A DNA stretch of 64,000 bases from Callorhinchus milii (Eukaryota), in NCBI RefSeq assembly GCF_018977255.1, contig NW_024704745.1, positions 45,322,001-45,386,000 of the forward strand. Direction: 5' to 3'. How positions within the stretch are numbered: position 1 is the stretch's first letter; every line of letters begins with the position of its first letter. Under the pieces are notes generated by a model. The model did no database searches. It saw only the letters and a list, made by a program, of their open reading frames with translations, and was not told where the DNA came from. Made by a program: the position numbers and the translations under genes. This document shows, one piece after another, positions 51,444 through 62,636 of this stretch.

Positions 51444-52909
51444 CTATCTTCTGACATGGAGACAAGAATGCAATCAACTCTCATTATATTGAAAAATACG
51501 CTGACAAAGCCATGTAACCTAACATTTTCATACCGATGAGAGGACACAGTATTGTCACAGTTTTGGCAGTCACAGTATTTCTAATAAAGCCTTTTGAACA
51601 CTTGCTGGGAAGAATTGTGCTGCTTGCCTGAAAAGGCTTTATTCTGCCTGACCTTCAAACAACTTTGCCATTACATGAGCAATTCTGAGAGATGTCATGA
51701 TGAAATGAGCTGTTAAAGTGCAGGGCTGTTTATTATGATGGACTGCTCTCACAATTACACCATTCAAAATAGATTATGGGTTATCACGATTCAGTGTGAT
51801 CTTGCTCATAATTCCATCAGGAGCAGAATACCCAACCAGGTTCTCAAAGTCCAGATTATGTAGGTTAGAGGTTTCTTTTCCACCATAGGAAGAAGGGATC
51901 CAAGACCCTTCCATTCTTCTCTTTACCATGATCATAAGCACAATGATAAGTGCAAGAGGAGCTAATATTCGTCTGCGCGATATTGCTCTTTTGTATGGTA
52001 CAGAGAAAAGGAATTCATGTGGCAGACAAGAAATTTATCTATCAATTTAAAGATTTATTGTGGTAGGAATTGATGTGCACAGTCCACACATGGCAATAGG
52101 CTGCTGTTTTCACAATGAAGGTGTTTTAGAATTTGTGTTCAGTCTTTGGTCTGCTGCCCTAATGGGAACTGATGTTGCTTTTGATTTATTTTTCTAAAGC
52201 CTAAACAAATCATTTCTGAAGCAATGGTGTAGAATCTATATATAAATTTTTTAATCCTTCCTTAACTCTGTAGATTAGAAGAGTACTGCACAATTAATGA
52301 GCACTTCTCATTTTCACTTTCATTTTGCCTTTTTCTGAAATTATTCTTCTCTCAAGTTTTAACCATGATTGAAGTTTTTTGGTATTCTTTAGGCAGATAA
52401 TTGTGGTGGAATTAGATAGCTATTCAGCAAGGAATTCAATCAAGAGGTCCGAGTGAGAGAAGGGTGAGGATTTTTTTTATATGAATCAAAATACTATAGT
52501 CTTTTTTGGTCTTTTAAATTCTGATATTTTTATGTTGGAGATCAGTGTCAGTGTGAGTAATACAGAAAAATGCTTACGCTGTTATACAGAATATTCTTCC
52601 AGGCCTCACTGGAGAGTCACTGGTAAGGTGGTTTGAGTTTTCAATGTCTGAAATATCTTATCACTACAGAAAACTAACCTATATATTCTGTGTCTGATCT
52701 TTGTGTCCATCAGATTTCGGAGGAAACTAAATATTATTTTTGCAAGCATTTTTTTTTCATGAATTGGTGAAAAGCACAACATTGATTCAGTAACCAGAAG
52801 CAATATTCAGGAATTGGAATTGTAGCACCGAGATTTAGATTTCTATAAGTCTGTAACATCATAATTTCAACCCGGCAACAAATAAAAAAATGCAATATCA
52901 GCAAACAAA

Positions 52910-53243
52910 TCTACTGTAAAGTTGATTGACTGTGTATTTTGTAGGCAAAACACGGCAGACAATTGTGCACAGCAATGTCCCACAAACAACCATGGAATGA
53001 GTGACCAAATTTTATTTGGGGGATTGTTGTCCAGGATTCCAGGAGAAACTCTCTTCTGTTTTTGAATAATGCCTTGTGATCTTTAACATGAACAGGCAGA
53101 TAGTACCTTGTACCTCATTCGAAGGACCCACCCTCCCCATCACTCCATTGGGGTGTCAGCTTAGACGATGTGATTTAATGTGGGACGTGAACCCACAAAC
53201 TTCTGACTCAGAGGAGAGAGTGCTACACCTCAGCGAGCTGACA
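52910..53243 (-). mobile_element. Old tRNA-Deu SINE
   Basis: GCACAGCAATGTCCCACAAAC Deu segment and head GAACCCACAAACTTCTGACTCAGAGGAGAGAGTGCTAC..GCTGACAC. Confidence 0.75.
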
Positions 53244-54144
53244 CATCTGTGCCAGTCCATAGCAAGGTCTATCTGTACTAAGAAGCAAGGAGATGCCAGA
53301 GGTTTTCTTTGAATAAGTTGCTGTCATTCTACTAATCAATATCCTGAATTCCTGTAAATTTCTCTTCCCTCATTGTCAATAGGTATTCTTCATGATGGGT
53401 GTCAAAGCACCTGAGTAAAGCAAGAAAGAAATTGATACAATCCAATTATCACTTTAATTCCACAAATGCAAAAATTAACATTAAATATGTCGTTCATCAT
53501 GGTGATGATTGCAAAAGAAAGTCTTAATGTTGAAGTTTTTAGTAATATACAGATTTCAGAGCTGAGCACTTGGTATGTTACTGAATGTGGATCATACATC
53601 TGTATAGTTCGATTTGAAACATGAAACCGATCCCGCAAATCATTGCCATGTTGTACGAATAGTCCCCCAAGTACAGTTGGCCCACTTGGTGAAGGTCTGG
53701 GTGTACAACTGATTTGTTTGGTTTCACTTGATTTGTTTCAAATGAATCCGCAACATCTGTTTTACAACTGCACTTTCTAACAGTCTAATAAAACCCACTA
53801 TTTAAAATGTTGGCACACAGTAAATACATGAATAGTTTTGCAAGAACCTGGTGAATCTTGTCGCTGTTGGATTCTATGGGAGTTCTGTGCATACGCTGCT
53901 GTTTGAAGCCATCTACATTTTGTTTCAGTACAAACTGAACTGAAAATTTATCCTCAAGGGGCTACAAAAAGAAATTCAGTTGAATGGTGGTCTCCTCCAG
54001 CTTGTGATGCAGGAAATAAAAACAAACGTTAAAATTCTTCTCAAAAAATAGAATCTGAAACAAAGTAGATGGCTATGTTTAGTACCAAAGCTATTTTACA
54101 GTGAAAATGTAAATAGGACAATGATTTCTAGTTATTACGTAGAT

Positions 54145-54525
54145 TCTGATTGAGGTTTTTAAAATAATAAAGGGATTCGATAGGGTAGATACAGACAAAC
54201 TATTTCCTCTGGTAGTGGAATCCAGAACAGGGTGCATCATCTTAAAATTAGAGCTAGGCCACTTAAGAGTGAAACTAGGAGGCAGTTTTTCACCAAAGGG
54301 TAGTGGAAATCTGTAACTCTCTCCCCCAAAAAGGTGTGGATGCTGGATCCATTCACATCTTCAAGACTGAAGTCGACAACTATTTGTTAGGTCAGGGTAT
54401 TAAGGGATACGGGGCAAGGGCAGGTAATGGGACTTGAGATACAAATCAACCATGATCTTATAGAATGGCAGAACAGGCTTGAGGGCTGAATGGCCTACTC
54501 CTGTTTCTGTATTTCTATGATTCAT
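54145..54525 (+). mobile_element. CR1 LINE 3' end
   Basis: LIEVFKIIKGFDRVD..LFPL..SRT coding segment, then the 3' UTR GAGGGCTGAATGGCCTACTCCTG..TTCTATG. Confidence 0.9.
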
Positions 54526-55058
54526 AGATCTTTTGTTAAAACAACCTTCAGAAAAATTACATTTATGAAACACCCACCTCTTCACTTATAAATGTCATCT
54601 TTTCAATAGGAAGGAAAAAACATTCCATGTCAGAATCCCTAAAATATTAAATGAAAGAAATAGAACAGTTTGTCATGTGGCTTAATGGATAGTAATATTG
54701 GACTGAAGTTGTTCCTTACAATGACGATACATAATTGTAGACGTGCATTGCTACTATTGGAGCTTTATATAGTATGTTCATAATCATACTTTGCTGCAAT
54801 CAGTCCAGCTGTCGAGGCTACTAAAATATGTCAAGTGAAGAAACCTGTTTAGCATCATGATGAAATTCATCTCTTCTAAATATTCTCATTTCCATGTTAT
54901 TACTGCACATTTGTACATCCTGATATGGATACCAGCAAGTATCCACGTGACTGTCATTTAAATCAAGAGATCTAGATTTCAGCATAAACACCGAGGAAAG
55001 CTAAAGTAATTTCTCCCCCTCCCTCTCCTCTGAAGATCTGATCAGAAGTGAGAATAGA

Positions 55059-55400
55059 GGAATCCTGTAACTCAGTGGTTAGAGCATTTGCCTCGCAAGC
55101 GAGAGACCTGGTTCGATTCCCGGCAGGACAAAACGTTGGGCAAGTTTCCTTACTCCACACGCCTGATAATCATCCCTCAAGAAAAAAAAAATTATTTGGT
55201 CATTCACTCCAAGGCTGTTTGTGAGACATTGCTGTGCTCAATTGACTGTCCACAAATATGAATCAATTCACTTTACAGTATATAGTATATTCTGTAAAGT
55301 ATATTACACTACACAGTATATTCTGTGAAGCGCTTTAAGACGTCTCGAAAATGTGAAAAGCGCTATATCAAATGCGAGGATTATAGTATATATTATTATA
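55059..55400 (+). mobile_element. tRNA-CORE-Deu SINE, short form, TCGAA-loop tail
   Basis: Head with A and B boxes, short body, and a small internal duplication of CAGTATATTCTGT. Confidence 0.9.
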
Positions 55401-55444
55401 ATAGTGGCTGATTTTTTTTGCGATTGCAGACTGAGGTTCTCTAA

Positions 55445-55885
55445 GGCCAATTGTAGCAACTGTATACTTACCTGGACCAAACTCCATACCCACAAATCTC
55501 CTGTTCTGGCCAGGCTCCACTGGCTCCCCATCACCGAATGGATCGACGTCAAGATCCTCACACTCGTGCTCAAATCCCTTCACTCTCTGGCACCTCCCTA
55601 CCTCTCTGACCTCCTCACTCCCCAGTCCACCACCCGGCATCTCCGCTCGACTGGCACAAGCATTCTGCTCAATCCTCACACCCTCTTCCCCACCATTGGA
55701 GGTCACGCTTTCAGCCACTATGCCCTGAAACTCTAGAACCCTCTCCTTCAATCCCTCCGCCTTGCTCCCTCTCTCTCCTTTTTCAAGTCCCACCTGAAAA
55801 CCTTTCTCTTTGACTGTGCTTACGGCCACCTGCCCACCCCACCCCCGGCTTGGAGTCAGACTCCGCCATTGTTAAGCATTCTGAG
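55445..55885 (+). mobile_element. L2 3' fragment (family B)
   Basis: ORF 55353 reads SPVLARLHWLPITEWIDVKILTLVLKSLHSLAPPYLSDLL..IGGHAFSHYA. Confidence 0.9.
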
Positions 55886-56469
55886 TATTGTCTGCACTCA
55901 GACCTGAGAAGAACTATTACATAAAAAGAAAACAATCATTTTTTTTAAAAAATGGGTGAAGGTTCTATTTTTATGTAATGGTTATGTCAAGACTTAATGC
56001 AGAAAGTGCCTCAGAGTGTACTCCATTTGAAGCGTGACGATCTCTACAAGGATTAATGATTGTGTTGACATTTCTACAGACTGAACAAGAAATGAATCTC
56101 TCGTGAAATTATTTCCGATCACTTCCTTTTAATGACTTAATCTAAATCAGAACTTTAAAATATTGCTGTTTTCATCTAAAGGATTTAATCTGAAATTTTG
56201 GAATTGAATCTCCTGTTGGATTTTATTTTGCAATTAATCAGGCTGCTTCACCCAGAATGTGAATAACATAAGATAAATTTGAACTGATCAAGAGAATCAA
56301 TAAGTAAGTGAAAAACCTTTACCAGTGTGAACTCAGTGACTGACCTTTAGAAGTTTAGTTATTTGTGTTGATCTGAATTCAAAACAGCAGGCTTGTTGGG
56401 TGGATAATTATTTCAAAACTGTTTTCCAAGGTTTTGACTGACCAGAGCAAATTAATTTTAAACTTCTAT

Positions 56470-58825
56470 AGCAGGAGGCCGGTGCCAGTCGAGTGGTGGA
56501 TTGGGGAGGGAGTGAGGAACTCGGAGAGGTAGGGAGGTGCCAGGGAGTGAATGGATATGAACACGAGTGTGAGGATCTTGAGGTCGATCCGTTCGGTGAT
56601 GGGGAGCCAGTGGAGCTTGGCCAGAACTGGAAAGATGTGGGTACAGAGTTTGGTCCAGGTCAGTATGTGGGCAGCAGAGTTTTGAATGAGCTGGACCTTG
56701 TGAATGGTGGAGCTGGGGAGAGCGGCAAGGAGTGTATTGGATTATTCCAGGTGGGAGGTGCTTAATGCATGCACAAGGGTTGCAGCTGCATTTGGAGTAA
56801 GGTACAGTCAGAGGCGGGCAATGTGGCAGAGGTGGAAGAAAGCGATCTTGGTCAGGGACCAGATGTGGGGGAGGATGGACAACTGGGGGTCGAACAGGAC
56901 CCCTAGGTTGTGCATGGGTTTGGTGAGTCTGAGGTAGAGCCCAGGGAGGTTGAGGAGTTTAGATCCACAGGAGTGAAAACATTGACGGGAGACAAGGAGT
57001 ATGGCTTCCGTCTTGTCCATATTCAGCTGCAGCAAGTTTACACTAATCCAGGCCTTGATGTCTGCCAGACAAGCTGATAGAATGTCGGCAGACCTGGAAT
57101 TGATATTGGAGGAGGCAAAGTAGATTTGTGTGTCACCCACAATGTCTGCGGATGACATTGCCCAGAGGGAGCATATAGAAAAGGAAAAGAAGAGGGCCAA
57201 GGATGGAGCCCTGGGGTACCCCGCAGATGACCTGGCAGGGGCAGGAGAAGAAACCATTTGCTTAGATGAAATGGTTAAGTAGGATTTGAACCATGCGAGT
57301 GCAGTCCCACTAAGGTAGATGAGGGAGGAGAGCCGATGGAGGAGGTTGGCGTGGTCGACTGCGTCGAACGCAGCAGAGAGATCCAGGAAGACGAGGAGGC
57401 AGAGGGAGCCCTGGTCACTGATAGAGAGAATGTGGTTTATGACTTTGACAAGCGCTGTCTCTGTGCTGTGGGCAGGGTGAAAACCAGACTGCAGGGGCTC
57501 GAGGAGGGAGTAGAGGGAGAGGTGTGTGACTGAAGTTGACCTGTAACAATGCGTTCCAGTACTTTGGCAAGGAAGGGTAGGTTGGAGTGGCAGGAGTCGT
57601 GGTGGAGGGAGACGGCAGTGTGGATGGTCTGGGTGGGTTCAGGGGACATGGAGTGGGAGGATGATGCAGCCAAGCGGATATTTTCAATTTTTGAGGCAAA
57701 GAAGTCTTGAACCTCTTCGCAATTGAGGATAGAGGGGGCTTGAGGAGGTGCACAGAGGACTTGATGGATGGACGGAGGAAAACACCATCTTTGGATCATT
57801 GTTTGCCTCCAGGATGACTTTGGAGTAAAAGTCAGTTTGGCCTGTGAAAGGGAGAGGGGTTAGGGGCAGAGGTGCTTGAGCCACAACTGGCGATGAATTG
57901 TGAGGCCGGATTTCTGCCATCTGCACTCAAGCATCCAGGTTTGTGTTTTGAGTGAGAGGAGATCACTGTTGTAATAGGGGGAGTGGGTGGGTGTGGAATC
58001 AACCCTGGATTTCAGGGGAATAATAATAATAAAATAATAATCCTTGCATTTGATATAGCGCTTTTCACGTCGGGAGGACGTCCCAAAGCGCTTCACAGAA
58101 TACACTGTAAAGTGAATTGACTGTATATTTGTGGGCGAACACGGCAGCCAATTGCGCACAGCAATGTCCCACAAACAGTCGTAGATTGAAAATGACCAAT
58201 TTATTATTGTTTTTTTTTGGAGGGATTATTATTAGGCGTGTGGAGTAAGGAAACTTGCCCAAGGTTTCGCCCTGACTGGAATTGAACTCAGGTCTCTCAC
58301 TTGCAAAGCGAGTGCTCTAACCACTGAGCTACAGGACTCCACAAAGGGTAGCCAGGGAATTGAAGTTTGTGGAGAGACGGTCATTCAGCAGCTTGATGTC
58401 TGTATCAGGAACACTTCAGATGGAGGGCCAGAGGTCAAGGAGGAGGGGTATTTGTGACGGACTCAGGAGGAAGCTTTTTCCAGGGGCGGAAAAAATGGTG
58501 GAGGCCTTCGAAGAGGGGAGGGGATTACGGGAGGAGAGGGAGATGAGGAAGTGGTCTGAGGTGGCCTTGTCTGTGAAGGACAGGTCAGAAATGTCAAGTC
58601 CATGAGTGATGATGAGTTCAAGGGAGTGGCCATGGGTCGGCAAGTTGAGGTGGAGGTTGAGGTTTAGGGAGGAGAGGAGGGCAGGGACATCCCAGGAGAT
58701 GGTGCAAGGGGAGTTAAGATGGAGGTTGAAATCACCCATTATGAGCAGATGATCAGTGCAGAGGGACAGGGATGAGAGGAGATATCAGTGAGGAAGGAGC
58801 CAGGAGGTTTGGGAGGGGCGGTAAC
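56470..58825 (-). mobile_element. L2 LINE ORF2 (APE endonuclease to RT), decayed, with internal deletion and SINE insertion
   Basis: APE motifs MGDFNLH..THGHSLELI..SDHFLI (58416..58739), SNLPFLAKVLERIV, and LQLNMDKTEAIL..NLGVLFDPQLS. Confidence 0.95.
58019..58340 (-). mobile_element. Young tRNA-CORE-Deu SINE, CTCCC-loop tail, inserted in L2
   Basis: Near-consensus full copy; the L2 sequence resumes on both sides. Confidence 0.97.
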
Positions 58826-59240
58826 CTCGGAGGAAGATAATTCCGGACAGCAATAGGCTATGAAAACATTTATAGAAAAACACGTTTATACTGGGATTCT
58901 GCTAGCAGCAGCATGTCTGCTATTACGACCTGGTCCATCTGATAATGAGATGACCTATTTTAAGGCACCAACAAGAGAACTTACTGTTCTGCCAGACATC
59001 TCTTCCACCATTCCTATCCTCTGGAGCCACTCAGAAGCCAGAGTAAAGGGTTTTACTTACTTAGTTCATTTTTTTCGGATAGGGCACTTCCTAAATAATG
59101 GAGAAAATAAGTAGCTGAATGTGCAGGGTCAGATGCTCTACTCTATTACAGTTATTTAGGCAGTGATCAATAGGAAAAAAACAAAGTTAACTGTTCTGTC
59201 TATGCACGGGTGGAACAAAGGGGGTAACGTTGCAATGTCG

Positions 59241-59682
59241 AATTCAAGATCCTCATCCTCACCTACAAGGCCATTCATGGCCTTGCTCCCTCCTACCTCT
59301 CTGTCCTACTATCCCCCTACTTACCTGCCCGTACCCTCTGTTCCTCTGGCTCCGGTCTGCTCCACATTCCCCGCCTCAACTGTCCTACCATCGGTGGCCG
59401 GGCCTTCAGCCTCTTAGCCCCTAGGCTCTGGAACTCTATCCCCCAGTGCCTTCGCCTTGTTTCCTCCCTTTCCTCCTTCAAGGCCGGTCTCAAGACCCTT
59501 CTCTTTGATCATGCCTTCAGCTCCCCTCTCGACTCTCTATCCCCTCCTCGCTCCCTCCCTTCCCTCCCCTCACCCTGACCATTTCCCCCTGCTCGGGTCC
59601 TGACCCAACTGTACAGAGCCTTGGGACGTCCTCCCGACGTGAAAGACGCTCTATTAATCGAATCTTGTTGTTGTTGTTGTTG
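59241..59682 (+). mobile_element. Young L2 3' fragment (family A) with TSD
   Basis: Highly similar to 39030-39513; TSD AATGTCG (59234-59240 and 59683-59689). Confidence 0.95.
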
Positions 59683-60114
59683 AATGTCGCAATTAGCACA
59701 AGGAATGAACTGAAGAATAATTACAAATTTGTGCTCCTTAACTTATCTCTGCATGAGTCCACTGCTTCCGATCTCTTGATTTGCAGGGCTGCACCTCCAG
59801 ATCAGTTGCTGGTAATCCAGTGTGTAAAACACAGGACACTGTTTTGACCATTCTAAATCCATATAAGGGGTGTAAATATTGTAAAAGAATCCCAATGTTT
59901 CCACGCATTTAGATGAAAGTTAGACAGATTAAAAAAAACTAAAGAGTTTCCAAATGCATTTCTTGTGATAATTAAGTGAAGAAACACAGGAACTTTTACA
60001 CCGAACAAACACTCAGAAAATCTGGAACTTTTGCTCAAATGCTGGGGCTGCACTATGAGCTATGCTAATGTTTCAACACTGCCACTGAGGCTTACTCATT
60101 GTCCACAATACTAT

Positions 60115-60570
60115 TAGTCTGGCTGAGCTGCTAGCATTCACCTCTGAGTTAAACATGTATAGGTTCAAGCCCCACGTCAGGATTTAAGCTATCCTGACCC
60201 CTGACTGTCCAGCGCCTCCCGACGTGAAAGGCACTCTATAAATGTAATTTTGTTGTGTTGTAAGCTTGTCGGGTAAAGTGACATTGCAGTGCAGTATGAA
60301 GAGAGATCTGTGTTATCCAAATGACCATGCTTTGGATGAAATGTTAAACCGAGGTCCGAAGTGTTTATTCAGATGATCATTAAAAATAAGGGAGTTCCTC
60401 CTCATGTCCTGATCAACAATCCTCCCAATTATTTGGCCATTCACCTAGTGGCTGTTTTGGAAACCTTGCTGGCACAAATGGTTGCTGTGTGTTTCATCGC
60501 TATATTTGGCAGCAAATACGTACGAAATGGTTGTGAGGTTTCAACGTGATAAGGCATTATAAAATGAAAT
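60115..60570 (+). mobile_element. Old tRNA-Deu SINE with nested L2 tail micro-insertion
   Basis: Head CACCTCTGAGT..GGTTCAAGCCCCAC and Deu core TTTGGATGAAATGTTAAACCGAGGTCC; the insert at 60191-60260 is flanked by TSD TAAGCT. Confidence 0.8.
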
Positions 60571-61940
60571 TTCTTTTTAGTTTGAAGTGTAAAATTCTAC
60601 TTCAATATATTTTCTAACACAAAACCCACAAAAGTGGAAAAATAGAAAAGGCATCTAACATTTGAAGATTTAATGCTGATCAGAGCTAGCCATTCAAGGG
60701 TGCTCAAGAAAAGCATGAGATCAAATAATCCAGAGGCCTGAATAAGCTTTGTCATTCATGTTCAAAATTTACTCCTATCTAAGTTTATCTTTGGATCATA
60801 AACAGCCCTGTAACATCCATACCAGCATTTCACTATCTGTTAATGGCCATTTAGCTGCCTCTTTATCTCGTCAGTTTGTAGTTTCATTTCTTAAGCCTTT
60901 TCTGACAATTCAGCAACAACAACAGCTTGCACTTATATCGCCCTCCCTACAGAGTAGCGTCTCAGAGCGGTACTTGAAAAAGGGAAAGAGGGGGCAAGGC
61001 AGGGGGGTTGAGGGAGAGTGTTCCAGAGTTTCGGGGCATAGTAGCTGAAAGCATGACCTCCAATGGTGGAACGGAGGGTGCAAGGGACAAACAGGAGGCC
61101 TGTGCCAGTCGAGCGGAGGGGGTGGAGTGAGGAGGTCAGAGAGGTAGGTAGGTGCCAGGGATTTGAACATGAGTGTGAGGATCTTGATGTTGATCCGTTT
61201 GGTGATGGGAGCCAATGGAATGTGACCAGAACTGGTGAGATGGGGATATGGAGTTTGGTCTGGGTAAGTATGCGGGCAGCAGAGTTCTGAATGAACTGGA
61301 TTTTTTGAATAGTGGAGCTGGGGAGACCAGTGAGGAGTATGTTTGAGTAATTCAGGCAGGAGCTGCTAAACGCATGCACAAGAGTTTGGGCTGAGTTTGG
61401 GGTAAGGTACAGTTGGAGGCGGACAATGTGGTGGAGGTGGACGAAGGTGGTCCTGGTCAGGGACCAGATATGGGGGAGGAAGGACAGCTGGGGGTCAAAC
61501 CGAATGCCTAGATGTGCATTGGTTCGGTGAGTCTGAGGGAGAGAGCAGGGAGATTGAGGCGTTCAGATCCAGAGAAGTAAAGACATTGACAGAAGCCAAG
61601 GAGTATGGCTTCCATCTTGTCCACATTCAGCTGCAGGAATTTTACACTCATCCAGGCCCTGATGTCTCCCAGACAAGCTGGTAGAACATCGGCAAACCTG
61701 GAGTCGATACTCAAAGAGGCAAAGTAGATTTGTGTGTCATCCGCATACATGTGTTTATCTCGTGTCTGTGGATGATATCGCCAAAAGGGAGCATATAGAT
61801 GAGGAAAAGAAGACGGCCAAGGATGGAGCCCTGGCGTATCCTGCAGGTGCCGAGCGGGTATGGGAGGAGAAAATATTTTCCAAGATGAAGTGGAGACAGT
61901 TGGTTAAAGCAGACTTGAACTATGCAAATGCGGTCTCACT

Positions 61941-62261
61941 AATAATAATAATAATAATAATCCTTGCATATATATAGCGCTTTTCACGTCGGGAGGACGT
62001 CCCAAAGCGCTTCACAGAACACACTGTAAAGTGAATTGACTGTATATTTGTGGGCGAACGCGGCAGCCAATTGCGCACAGCAATGTCCCACAAACAGTCA
62101 TAGATTGAAAATGACCAATTTATTATTGTTTTTGGTTTTGGAGGGATTATTATTAGGCGTATGGAGTAAGGAAACTTGCCCAAGGTTTTGCCCTGCCTGG
62201 AATTGAACTCAGGTCTCTCACTTGCAAAGCGAGTGCTCTAACTACTGAGCTACAGGACTCC
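61941..62261 (-). mobile_element. Young tRNA-CORE-Deu SINE, CTCCC-loop tail, inserted in L2
   Basis: Near-consensus full copy; TSD CACTAA (61937-61942 and 62261-62266) overlaps the tail repeat. Confidence 0.97.
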
Positions 62262-62580
62262 ACTAAGCTAGATGAGGGAGGAGAGGCGGTGGAGCAGGAT
62301 ATTGTGGTCAACTGTGTCAAATGCGGCAGAGAAATCCAGGAGGACGAGGAGGTAGAGGGAGCCCTGGTCGCAGATAGAAAGGACGTTGTTTGTGACTTTG
62401 ATGTGCACTGTCTGTGCTGTGGGCAGAGCAAAAACCAGGTTGCGGTAGCTCGAGGAGAGAGTGGAGGGAGAGGTGTGACTAAAGTTGACCTGGAACATTG
62501 CATACCAGGACTTTATGGTATGCGAGTATGTGAGAATCAAGGAGCTTGAGGGGGTACCCAGGGGAAATGATGGACGGTGG

Positions 62581-62636
62581 AAAACAACAACAACTTGCAC
62601 TTATATGCCCTCCACGCTGGGTAGTGTCTCAGAGTG
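62581..62636 (-). mobile_element. L2 family B hairpin-plus-tail fragment inside L2
   Basis: (CAA)nCTTGCACTTATATGCCCTCCACGCTGGGTAGTGTCTCAGAGTG matches the tails at 30711 and 60911. Confidence 0.8.
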
